64,000 nt of DNA from positions 992,001 to 1,056,000 of the forward strand of contig OZ245817.1 in assembly GCA_965228475.1 (NCBI GenBank). The letters run 5' to 3'. The notes beneath the pieces are model-generated. The model saw nothing but the letters and a program-made list of their open reading frames with translations, did not search any database and was not told the DNA's origin. The DNA is from Myxococcota bacterium. GTDB taxonomy: Bacteria; Myxococcota_A; UBA9160; JAFDDA01. Below are positions 10,521 to 18,938 of this stretch, piece by piece; positions within the stretch are counted from its first letter, which is position 1; each line of letters opens with the position of its first letter. A program made the position numbers and the translations under genes.

Positions 10521-10991
10521 ATGGCCCGCTACATCGAAGCCATCGATCTCCCCCTGCCGCTCGAGGCCGCCTTCGAGTACATGGCGGACTTCAGCCGCAC
10601 GGCGGAATGGGATCCGGGGGTCGCCGAGGCGCGCCGCATCACACCGGGGCCCGTCCGCCGCGGCAGCCGCTTCCACGTGAGCATCGCCTTCCTCGGCACG
10701 CGCACGCCCTTCGAGTACCGGATCGTCGAGTTCGAGCCGCACTCGCGCATCGTCTTCGAGGGGGGCGATGCGTCGATGCGCTCGATCGACGAGCTCACCT
10801 TCACGCCGCGTCCGGGCGGCACGCGCGTCACCTACGAAGCGCGCATCGAACTGCTCGGCCTCCGCCGCTTCGCCGACCCGCTCTTCGACCTCGTCTTCCA
10901 GACGATCGGGCAGCGGGCGGTGGCCGGCCTGCGCAAACGCTTTGCCAAGACGACCTATCGCGCCGACCCCGACGAATATCGCGCCGCCTAG
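10521..10991 (+). CDS. SRPBCC/polyketide cyclase-like protein
   Basis: AGGAGG RBS. AFEYMADFSRTAEWDPGV, SIDELTF, TRVTYEA. Confidence 0.85.
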   Translation: MARYIEAIDLPLPLEAAFEYMADFSRTAEWDPGVAEARRITPGPVRRGSRFHVSIAFLGTRTPFEYRIVEFEPHSRIVFEGGDASMRSIDELTFTPRPGGTRVTYEARIELLGLRRFADPLFDLVFQTIGQRAVAGLRKRFAKTTYRADPDEYRAA

Positions 10992-11049
10992 TTCGCGCGC
11001 AGCCGGTTTCGAACACTCGATCTTCGAACGCCCAACAAGGAGAACCACC

Positions 11050-11283
11050 ATGAACGTCCACGTCGAACACCGGCCCACGGCCCGCGCCGTCGCGCGCCGC
11101 GAGGTGATCCCGGGAGTCAGCATGCCCAAGGCGCTGTTCATCCTGGCCGCCGGCCTCTCGTTCCTGCTCTCGGTTTCGCTCTTCTTCACCGGGAGCCGTG
11201 AGCAGGGCATCTTCGTCGGCATCTGGGTGCCGTCGATCCTCTCCGCGGGAGCGCTGCTGCTCGGGAGGGACGGCCGTGAGTGA
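11050..11283 (+). CDS. Small membrane protein (77 aa)
   Basis: AAGGAG RBS. Two TM segments (ILAAGLSFLLSVSLFF; GIFVGIWVPSILS). Confidence 0.7.
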   Translation: MNVHVEHRPTARAVARREVIPGVSMPKALFILAAGLSFLLSVSLFFTGSREQGIFVGIWVPSILSAGALLLGRDGRE

Positions 11284-11455
11284 TGCGAACCTGTTGACAC
11301 TCGGTGCGGCGGTGAGCTTCATCGCCCTCGCCGGAGCCTACGCCTACCTGCGCGAGTGCTTCCTCGAGGGGCAGACCGATCGTCGCGTGCAGCCCGTGCG
11401 GGTGGAGACCGATCGGTCGCGCCCGGCGGCGCACCGCGCCCGGGATGCAGCTTGA
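11276..11455 (+). CDS. Small single-TM protein (59 aa)
   Basis: GTG start overlaps the upstream gene end. TM segment LLTLGAAVSFIALAGAYAYL. Stop overlaps the downstream TTG. Confidence 0.6.
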   Translation: MSDANLLTLGAAVSFIALAGAYAYLRECFLEGQTDRRVQPVRVETDRSRPAAHRARDAA

Positions 11456-12516
11456 GCTCGGAGCAGACGCCGAGGGAACCGAAGGGCAGGGCGCCCGGCA
11501 CCGCGCCCTCGCCCGCCTCCTCGTCGGTTCCCTGGACGGCCCTGGGGTCGGCGCAGTACTGGCTCGGGCGAACGCTCGGCCGGCTCGTCGACCCCTTCGT
11601 CGTCTCCTCCTTCGATCGGACGGGGTTCCGGATCCACAGCCTGACCTTCCGGGAGGGGGACCTCGACGTCGACCTCTCGGAGCGGCGCTGTCTCGTCACC
11701 GGTGCGAACTCGGGCATCGGGTACGAGACGGCGCGGGCGCTCGCCGAGCGCGGGGCCGACGTGGTCCTGCTGTGCCGGAGCCTCGAACGGGGCGAGCGCG
11801 CGGCCAAGCGGATCCAGCAGGCGACGGGGAACGGGCGCGTCTCCGTCGAGGAACTCGACGTCTCGGATCTTTCTTCCGTGCGGCGCGCGGCGCGTCGCCT
11901 CTCCAAGGCGCCCGTCGATGTCCTCGTCCACAACGCCGGGGTGCTCCCCGCCGAGCGGATCGAGACGGAGGACGGCCTCGAATCCACCTTCGCCACGAAC
12001 GTCGTCGGCCCCTTCCTGTTGACCCGGCTCCTGAGCGAGCCGCTCGAGCGCTCGCCCGAAGGCCGGATCGTCTGGGTCTCCTCGGGCGGCATGTACACCC
12101 AGCGCCTGAATCTCCGCGATCCGAACTGGGCCGCGCGCGCGTACGACGGCGTCGTGGCCTACGCCGAGACCAAACGCGCGCAGGTGGTGCTCTCGGAGCT
12201 CTTCGCCGAATCCTTCCGCGGAACCTCGGTGGTGGTGAACGCCATGCACCCGGGCTGGGCGGACACGCCCGCCGTGCGGAGTTCGCTCCCGCTCTTCCAT
12301 CGCATCACGCGGTGGATCCTGCGGACGCCCGCCGAGGGCGCCGATACCGTCGTGTGGCTCGCCGCGAGCCGCTCGGGGCGCGAATCGACCGGCCGCTTCT
12401 TCTTCGATCGCGAGGCACGGCGAACGCACTGGCTCCCCTTCACGCGGGAGACCGAAGCCGACCGCCGGGCGCTTTGGGCGCTGTGCGAACGCGCGAGCGG
12501 TCTGGCGCCCTCGTGA
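11452..12516 (+). CDS. SDR oxidoreductase (DHRS12-like)
   Basis: TGANSGIG, HNAG, SSGGMY, YAETK, MHPGWADTP. Start uncertain (TTG overlapping TGA). Confidence 0.88.
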   Translation: MSSEQTPREPKGRAPGTAPSPASSSVPWTALGSAQYWLGRTLGRLVDPFVVSSFDRTGFRIHSLTFREGDLDVDLSERRCLVTGANSGIGYETARALAERGADVVLLCRSLERGERAAKRIQQATGNGRVSVEELDVSDLSSVRRAARRLSKAPVDVLVHNAGVLPAERIETEDGLESTFATNVVGPFLLTRLLSEPLERSPEGRIVWVSSGGMYTQRLNLRDPNWAARAYDGVVAYAETKRAQVVLSELFAESFRGTSVVVNAMHPGWADTPAVRSSLPLFHRITRWILRTPAEGADTVVWLAASRSGRESTGRFFFDREARRTHWLPFTRETEADRRALWALCERASGLAPS

Positions 12517-12543
12517 GCGGTCGCGACGCGCCGGCGGGTCGCG

Positions 12544-13302
12544 ATGAGCGCCCCGCGCACGGCGCTCGTCCAGGGCGCGAGCCGGGGGCTCGGCCTCGCC
12601 TTCGTTCGCCGGCGCCTCGAAGGCTCCGAGTTCGAGCACGTCATCGCGACGTCCCGGGCTCCCGAGGAGAGCGTCGAGCTGCGCGCGCTGCGGGCGGAGC
12701 ACGGCGCTTCGCTGAAACTCGAGCCCCTGGACGTTCTCGACGAAGCGTCCGTCGAGGCGGCGTCGAAGCGGATCGCGGCAAGGCACCCGGCGCTGCACCT
12801 GCTCGTGAACTGCGCGGGGCTTCTGCACGAGGCGGGGCGCGTTCGGCCCGAGAAACGGCTCGAGGCCATCGAGTCGGCGGCGCTCCGGCGCGTCTTCGAG
12901 ACGAACGCGTTCGGCCCGCTCCTCGTGGCGAAGCACTTCCTGCCGCTGCTCGCCCATCCCGAACGCGCCGTGCTCGCGAACCTCTCCGCGCGCGTGGGCA
13001 GCATCGGCGACAACCGGCTCGGCGGGTGGTACGCCTATCGCGCTTCCAAGGCGGCGCAGAACATGTTCATCCGCACGCTCGCCATCGAGCTCGCGCGGCG
13101 CGCGCCTCAGGCGATCTGCGTTGCGCTCCATCCGGGTACGGTGGATACGGACCTCTCGCGCCCGTTCCAGCGCGGCGTTCCGGCCGAGCGGCTCTTCGAC
13201 GCCGACCGCGCCGCGCGCCAACTGCTCGGCGTCATCGGGAACCTGACGCCCGGCCAGAGCGGCGAGTTCCTGGCCTGGGACGGATCTCCGATTCCCTGGT
13301 GA
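12544..13302 (+). CDS. SDR oxidoreductase (C-factor/CsgA-like subfamily)
   Basis: GASRGLG, SARVGSIGDNRLGGWYAYRASKAA, LHPGTVDTDLSRPF. Confidence 0.9.
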   Translation: MSAPRTALVQGASRGLGLAFVRRRLEGSEFEHVIATSRAPEESVELRALRAEHGASLKLEPLDVLDEASVEAASKRIAARHPALHLLVNCAGLLHEAGRVRPEKRLEAIESAALRRVFETNAFGPLLVAKHFLPLLAHPERAVLANLSARVGSIGDNRLGGWYAYRASKAAQNMFIRTLAIELARRAPQAICVALHPGTVDTDLSRPFQRGVPAERLFDADRAARQLLGVIGNLTPGQSGEFLAWDGSPIPW

Positions 13303-13348
13303 ATCCTCGCGGCACGCGATCGTCGTTCGCTGCTCGGCTTGGCTGCCG

Positions 13349-14131
13349 TCAGGGAGCGCCGCAGACCCGCTCGTAGGCGCCGCGCACGTCGTACCGGCCT
13401 CCGAGGCCACCCAGGTGGTCGTAGAGGGCGGCGAGGGTGCAGCCGAGGGCCAGGAAGTTCGGGTGGAGCGAGACGCCTGCATCGCGGCAGCGGACGAACA
13501 CTTCGTGGAACGAGGACTGGAAGCGCTTCGCGTCGAACTCGACCGCCCGCTGATCCCCGTCGCCGAAGTGTTCCCGGAAGGCGTCGCCGGCGACTTCGAG
13601 GTCGAGGAGGGCGAGGGCGTGTTCGAAGCGCTCGTCGTCTCCGGAATAGAAGCCGGCGTAGAGGCGGCGGACGCCGTCGAGGAACGCCGGGTCCCAGCGG
13701 ATCCAGTACGGCCCGGGGTGCCAGGCGAGGTCGTCCCCACCGCCGAGGAAGCGATCGAGCCGGAGGTCGATCGCCGTCGCCTCGAGCCCGTCGAGCTGGG
13801 CGAAGTAGATCTCGAGAACCCGCTGACCTCGCGCGCGCCGGGCGGCGTCGGCGAGGGTGGCGTGCGCATCCGGGTCCGCGGCGTCGGCGGCCGCCTGCAC
13901 GGCGACCGGGATGCCCCGGGCCTCGAAGAGCCGCTCGAGCTCCGCGGTCACCTCGCGGAATCCCGACGCGTCGGAAGCGTTGCCGAGCAGCTCGCGCCCC
14001 TGGCGCAGGAGCGTCCGGGCCGGGATCACGTCGAAGAAGCTCGGGGAGATGAAGTCCGAGAGCTGTTCCCATTCGGCTCCGCCGAGCGTGCGGCGGATCA
14101 AACCCTCGGCGCTGCGGGCCCAGCGGAACAT
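13349..14131 (-). CDS. Hypothetical protein, weak resemblance to ABC1/UbiB kinase C-lobe
   Basis: Typical codon usage. GQRVLEIYFAQL and LHPNFLALG segments. Catalytic kinase motifs not evident. Confidence 0.65.
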   Translation of the reverse strand: MFRWARSAEGLIRRTLGGAEWEQLSDFISPSFFDVIPARTLLRQGRELLGNASDASGFREVTAELERLFEARGIPVAVQAAADAADPDAHATLADAARRARGQRVLEIYFAQLDGLEATAIDLRLDRFLGGGDDLAWHPGPYWIRWDPAFLDGVRRLYAGFYSGDDERFEHALALLDLEVAGDAFREHFGDGDQRAVEFDAKRFQSSFHEVFVRCRDAGVSLHPNFLALGCTLAALYDHLGGLGGRYDVRGAYERVCGAP

Positions 14132-14321
14132 CCTCGTAGGGTTCCTCGCGCCCGGGCCGCGTCAAGCGAGGCTCGTTCCGGCCGAAGCGCGCACCGGACA
14201 CAGACCAGTTCGACAATATCGAAACGAGTCACAGAAACTTTCTATTTGTGGAATCCGGGATCCCTCCCGATACTGATCTCGAGCCCGTCGAGCGCCCATC
14301 GGACGGGAACGGAGGTCGAAC

Positions 14322-14840
14322 ATGCGGATGGCAAGATCGGGATGGCGACCGAGGGCCCGCCGGCACCCGGCGGTCGCGGCTCCGCCGCACATTGCACGAC
14401 AGATCGAGGTGGCGAGCCGGCTGGCTCCCGCAGAGGCCTACCAGAGCCGCTCCGCGTTGCTGCTCTGCTGCCGGGACGCGGACCCGGAGCGCGCGGAGGA
14501 GTCCCTGCGCGCGGTCGGAGGCGTGGACGAGGTCCACCCGCTGCGCTGTCCGATCGGCTCCTGGGCGGACGCCCTCGAAGCGCCGCGCGGCACCGAATCC
14601 TGGCTGCGCCACTACGTGATGCGCGCGTTCCATCGCAGGGCTCCGGACCTGCTCGCCGTGCTCGATTCGAGCGAGCCCCGGGGCGAGCCGCGCGGCCAGG
14701 AGCTCATCGCCATGCTCCGGAGCTGGGGCGTGACGTGCCCGGTGGCGGTGCTGCGGGTTCGTGCGAGTCAGGGCGCCGAGCCGTCCGTGGCACGATCGAG
14801 GGTGCGCAGCGTCGAGCCGCCGGCGAGCCGGACCGGCTGA
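14322..14840 (+). CDS. Hypothetical protein
   Basis: ORF with plausible composition, divergent from 14131 after an AT-rich spacer. Start uncertain. Confidence 0.5.
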   Translation: MRMARSGWRPRARRHPAVAAPPHIARQIEVASRLAPAEAYQSRSALLLCCRDADPERAEESLRAVGGVDEVHPLRCPIGSWADALEAPRGTESWLRHYVMRAFHRRAPDLLAVLDSSEPRGEPRGQELIAMLRSWGVTCPVAVLRVRASQGAEPSVARSRVRSVEPPASRTG

Positions 14841-14902
14841 GCGGGCGACTAACCCGCGAACAGGAGGATCGGCGGCTAGCCGGCGAACAGGTCGATCGGT
14901 GA

Positions 14903-15355
14903 CTAGCCCGCGAACAGGTCGATCGAGATTGGATCGTCCCGCACCACCCGCTCGTCGAGGAAGGCGGACTCCTCGTCGTCCATGTCGGCGCGGAGCAGGG
15001 CCACGAAGTCGATCACGTTGCTGGCTACCACGGACTCGGGCTTCGAGCCGTCGTGCAGCTCGCGCAGGATGTACTCGAGCAGTTCGCGCTGCTCGCGATG
15101 TTCCTCGTCGAAGCGCTCGACGCGCACGTCGCCCCAGCTGTCCGCCTCGCGCAGCACGGGCACGAGGTAGCGATCCTCCCAGCTCATGTGGATGGCGAGG
15201 CGGTCGAGGAAGGACTCGGCCTCCTCGCGCAGGCCCGTCCGCTTGCGGCTCCTGGCGGCGGCGGCGGCGCGGGCCAGCTCCTCGAGGCGGTCGAGGCGCT
15301 CGTGCAGCTCGGTGTGGTCGTGGAGCACGCGTTCGCGGATCTCACTCGGTCGCAT
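14903..15355 (-). CDS. Hemerythrin-like (HHE) domain protein
   Basis: DHTELH, HMSWED..L.P, EEHREQ, DMDDEE. Confidence 0.8.
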   Translation of the reverse strand: MRPSEIRERVLHDHTELHERLDRLEELARAAAAARSRKRTGLREEAESFLDRLAIHMSWEDRYLVPVLREADSWGDVRVERFDEEHREQRELLEYILRELHDGSKPESVVASNVIDFVALLRADMDDEESAFLDERVVRDDPISIDLFAG

Positions 15356-15566
15356 GGGGGGCCTCCGTTCGCGGGTTCTGCCCAGGCAGATTGCAAGATG
15401 AGGGCCCGGGGGCGGCCGCGCGTGGGCGCCCCTCCGCGTCCGAAAGCGAGACAGATGGTCTCACTCTTCGCCCCGACGGGACGGTGCGACACGCGGCGCG
15501 GCGCGGCGCTGCACACGGACGTGGCGCCGTGGCCCGGTTTTTGCTCTTTTCCCGGGCGGGGGGCCC

Positions 15567-16790
15567 ATGAAACGAGATCGCATCCAGTTCGCCGCGATGA
15601 CCCTCGCGGCGGCCGTCTTCTTCGGCGGAGTTTCGCCGGAGGCCGCCACGGCCGAGTCCGAAGCCGCCGCTTCGCCGGCCGCCGAGACCACGGCCGACAC
15701 CCGCACGCTCATGCGCGAGATGTTCGGCGCCTTCGCCAGGCTCGTCCATCACACGGGGGACCCGGAGGCCTTCGCCTCCCGCGCCGCGCGCGAAGAAATC
15801 GTTCGGTCGCTCCAGCTGCTGCAGCGCAACGCCGGCCGGCTCGAGGGCCACGTCGGCCACGGCAGCCTGACCTCTGCCCACGAGGCCGTCGGCCGTTCCT
15901 TCACGCGCAACGTCGCCACGGCCCTCGACCGCTACATCGTCGGCCAGTACGAGAGCGCGCGGTTCCTGACCGATCAGCTCGTCGAGAACTGCTTTGCCTG
16001 CCACACGAAGCTTCCGGCCAGCCACCGCTTCGAGTTCGGGGCGCAGCTTCTTGCCGAGGAGCCGATCGCGAGCCTTCCGCCGGACCGCAAGGCGCGCCTG
16101 GCCGTCGCGGCGCGCCAGTTCGATACGGCGCTCGAGCTGCTCGAGGCCTACCTGGCGGACCCGCAGAACTCGGCGGTGGACGTGGCGCTCTCGGGCGCCT
16201 TCGAGTCCTACCTGAAGATCGACCTGCGCGTGCGCGGCGATCGTTCCCGGGCGATCCGGACCTTCGAAGCCTTCCGCACGCGCACGGACCTGCCGTTCTA
16301 CCTGCGCGGCGAGATCGACGCCTGGCTCGAGGCGCTGCGCACGCTCGATCCGGCCGCGCCGCCGGGCAACCGCCTCTCGAGCGCCCGCAAGCTCGTGGAG
16401 ACCGCGCGCGCCGTGACGGCCTACCCGGGCGACCGGCGCGGCCTCGTCCACTTCGTCGTCGCTTCGCGCTGGCTGTACGAGCACGCGAGCGGCGCGGAGC
16501 TCAGCCGCGAGGAGCGTGCCGAGACGCTTCTCTGGCTCGGTCTCTGCGAGGTGCACGTCGCCTCGTCGCTGTGGGTCTCCGAGGCCGAAGGCTTCCTCGA
16601 GAGCGCGATCCACACCGCACCGGAATCCGGCTTTGCGCGCGAAGCCTACGGCGTGCTCGAAGCGGTGTACGTCGAGGGGTACACGGGCTCGGCGGGGACG
16701 CACCTGCCGCCCGAGGTCGAGCGTCGCCTGGCCAGCCTGCGCGAGCGGGTGGGCCTCGAGGCCGCAACGGAGGAGATCACCGAGCCATGA
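15567..16790 (+). CDS. Exported helical monoheme c-type cytochrome with TPR-like C-terminal region
   Basis: Signal peptide, single CFACH after a four-helix-like segment, helical repeats after it. Confidence 0.7.
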   Translation: MKRDRIQFAAMTLAAAVFFGGVSPEAATAESEAAASPAAETTADTRTLMREMFGAFARLVHHTGDPEAFASRAAREEIVRSLQLLQRNAGRLEGHVGHGSLTSAHEAVGRSFTRNVATALDRYIVGQYESARFLTDQLVENCFACHTKLPASHRFEFGAQLLAEEPIASLPPDRKARLAVAARQFDTALELLEAYLADPQNSAVDVALSGAFESYLKIDLRVRGDRSRAIRTFEAFRTRTDLPFYLRGEIDAWLEALRTLDPAAPPGNRLSSARKLVETARAVTAYPGDRRGLVHFVVASRWLYEHASGAELSREERAETLLWLGLCEVHVASSLWVSEAEGFLESAIHTAPESGFAREAYGVLEAVYVEGYTGSAGTHLPPEVERRLASLRERVGLEAATEEITEP

Positions 16791-17236
16791 AGCGAACCGC
16801 CCTCGCCGCCCTCGCTGCGGCCTTCGTCCTGCCGGGTTCGGCGTGCGCCGAAGCCGAAGACCCGATCCTCTCGGAATCCGGGCGCGCCTCCTACAAGCGC
16901 CACTGCAGCGCGTGCCACGGGATGGATGCCCAGGGCAAGGGCGTGCTGACGGCGGTCTTGACGATCCCGCCCCCGGACCTCACGCGCATCGCCGCCCGGC
17001 GCGGCGGCGTGTTCCCCACCTCCGAGATCGCCGCCTACATCGACGGCCGCGAGAGCGTCGCGGCGCACGGCCCGCGCGAGATGCCCGTCTGGGGACGCGT
17101 CTTCGCCCAGCCCATCGGCGAGGGGTCGACCGGCGAGGAGGTCGTGCGCGGGCAGCTCCTGGTGCTGGTCGAGTACCTGAAATCGATCCAGGTCCCGGTG
17201 GAGAAGAAGCCCGCGGAGGCTCCCGAAGCGCCCTGA
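16787..17236 (+). CDS. Class I cytochrome c
   Basis: CSACHG, PPDLTRI, HGPREMPVWG. ATGA overlap with upstream gene. Confidence 0.9.
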   Translation: MKRTALAALAAAFVLPGSACAEAEDPILSESGRASYKRHCSACHGMDAQGKGVLTAVLTIPPPDLTRIAARRGGVFPTSEIAAYIDGRESVAAHGPREMPVWGRVFAQPIGEGSTGEEVVRGQLLVLVEYLKSIQVPVEKKPAEAPEAP

Positions 17237-17299
17237 CCCGGGCGCCATCCGTTCTACACTGCAGCTCGGGCCCCGCGGCCGAGCGGGGTGGAGGGCGGG

Positions 17300-18367
17300 A
17301 TGACGCATCGGGTGGTCGTTTGGGGAACCGGAAACGTCGGGCGGCCGGCGCTGCGGGCCGTGCTCACGCACCCGGAGCTCGAGCTCGCCGGCGTCGTGGT
17401 CTCGAGCGCGAGCAAGGCCGGCCGTGACGCCGGGGAGCTCTGCGGTCTGCCCGAAACCGGCGTCGTCGCCACCACCGACGCCGCGGCCGCCCTCGCACCC
17501 GACGTCGACGCCGTGGCCTACACCGCCACGGCCGACACGCGCCCCGCCGAAGCCATCGACGAAGTCCTGCGCTGCCTCGCCGCGGGCAAGAACGTCGTCT
17601 CGACCTCCCTCTACGGCCTGCTCCATCCGCCGTCTTTCGAAGGCCCGGGCGCAAAGCTCTTCGAGGAAGCCTGCGGCAAGGGCGGCGCTTCGATCTTCGT
17701 CTCCGGGATCGATCCGGGCTGGGCTGTCGACGTCCTGCCGCTCGTGCTGACGGGCGCCGTCTCGGACCTCGAAGAAGTGCGCAGCCAGGAACTCTTCAAC
17801 TACGCGCTCTACGATCAGCCCGACGTCGTCCGCAACGTGGTCGGATTCGGCCGGCCCATGAGCGAGCTGCCGGTGATGCTGCACGACGCCGCGCTCACCA
17901 TGGTCTGGGGGCCGATGATCCGCATCGTCGCCGACGGCCTCGGGGTCGAGCTCGAGCGCATCGACGTCTCCGTCGAGCGGCGGCCGCTCGAGCGCTCCAT
18001 CGAAGTCCCGGGCATGGGCACCTTCGAGGCCGGGTCGCAGGGGGCTTTCCGCTTCGAGGTGAGCGGCATCGTCGGCGGAAGGGCGCGCATCGTCGCCGAG
18101 CACGTGACGCGCATCGACGACGCCTGCGCTCCCGAGTGGCCGCTCCCGCCCGAGGGCCAGAGCATGCATCGCGTGCTGCTGCGGGGCCGGCCGAACCTCG
18201 AGGTCTCGATCCACGGAAGCGACCCCGGCGAGACCGGCGCGGGTGCCGGAGGCAACGCCACCGCCGCCAACCGGATCGTGAACGCGCTTCCGGCGGTCTG
18301 CGCGGCCGCGCCCGGGCTCCTCTCGCCCCTCGATCTGCCGACGATGCGGGGCGCCGTCCGCTGGTGA
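17300..18367 (+). CDS. DapB-N/amine dehydrogenase-like NAD(P)-dependent oxidoreductase
   Basis: VVVWGTGNVG, GKNVVSTS, GIDPGW, ATAANRIVNALPAVCAAAPG. Confidence 0.85.
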   Translation: MTHRVVVWGTGNVGRPALRAVLTHPELELAGVVVSSASKAGRDAGELCGLPETGVVATTDAAAALAPDVDAVAYTATADTRPAEAIDEVLRCLAAGKNVVSTSLYGLLHPPSFEGPGAKLFEEACGKGGASIFVSGIDPGWAVDVLPLVLTGAVSDLEEVRSQELFNYALYDQPDVVRNVVGFGRPMSELPVMLHDAALTMVWGPMIRIVADGLGVELERIDVSVERRPLERSIEVPGMGTFEAGSQGAFRFEVSGIVGGRARIVAEHVTRIDDACAPEWPLPPEGQSMHRVLLRGRPNLEVSIHGSDPGETGAGAGGNATAANRIVNALPAVCAAAPGLLSPLDLPTMRGAVRW

Positions 18368-18855
18368 AGGACAACGTGACCCTGATCGGGATGCCGGGCG
18401 TCGGGAAGAGCACCGTCGGCGTGCTCCTCGCGAAGGCGACGGGCCGCAGCTTCCTCGACACGGACCTCCTCATCCAGGAGCGCGAGGGGGACCGCCTCCA
18501 GTCCCTGATCGCGAAGCACGGCGCCGAGGAATTCTGCGAGCGGGAGAACGAACTGATCGCCGCGCTCGATTGCGCCCGGACCGTCATCGCGACGGGCGGG
18601 TCGGCGGTGTACGGGGAGCAGGCCATGGAACACCTGCGCGCGACGAGCCGCGTGGTGCATCTCGCGCTGCCGCTCGCCGACCTCGCCGATCGCCTCGAGA
18701 GCCTCGCGGTGCGCGGCGTCGTCATGCGGCCGGGACAGTCGCTCGAATCCCTCTACGCCGAACGCGAGCCGCTCTACCGGCGCTACGCCCACCAGACCCT
18801 GCCGACCGCCGGCCTCGACCAGGATCAGATCGTGGCGGCCCTGCTCGACGTCTGA
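18364..18855 (+). CDS. aroK: Shikimate kinase
   Basis: LIGMPGVGKST, FLDTD, VIATGGS, EREPLYRRYA. GTGA overlap. Confidence 0.9.
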   Translation: MKDNVTLIGMPGVGKSTVGVLLAKATGRSFLDTDLLIQEREGDRLQSLIAKHGAEEFCERENELIAALDCARTVIATGGSAVYGEQAMEHLRATSRVVHLALPLADLADRLESLAVRGVVMRPGQSLESLYAEREPLYRRYAHQTLPTAGLDQDQIVAALLDV

Positions 18856-18938
18856 ACGAACGCCAGCTTGCCTGAAACGCAACGGGAATCTCGCGCATCG
18901 GATCGCACGCTCCATTGGACCATCGCCAGGAGGACGCC

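Noticed and set aside
12544..13302. Calling this the developmental C-signal gene csgA
   Set aside because: This SDR subfamily is widespread and the context is a light regulon. Orthology cannot be shown from sequence alone.
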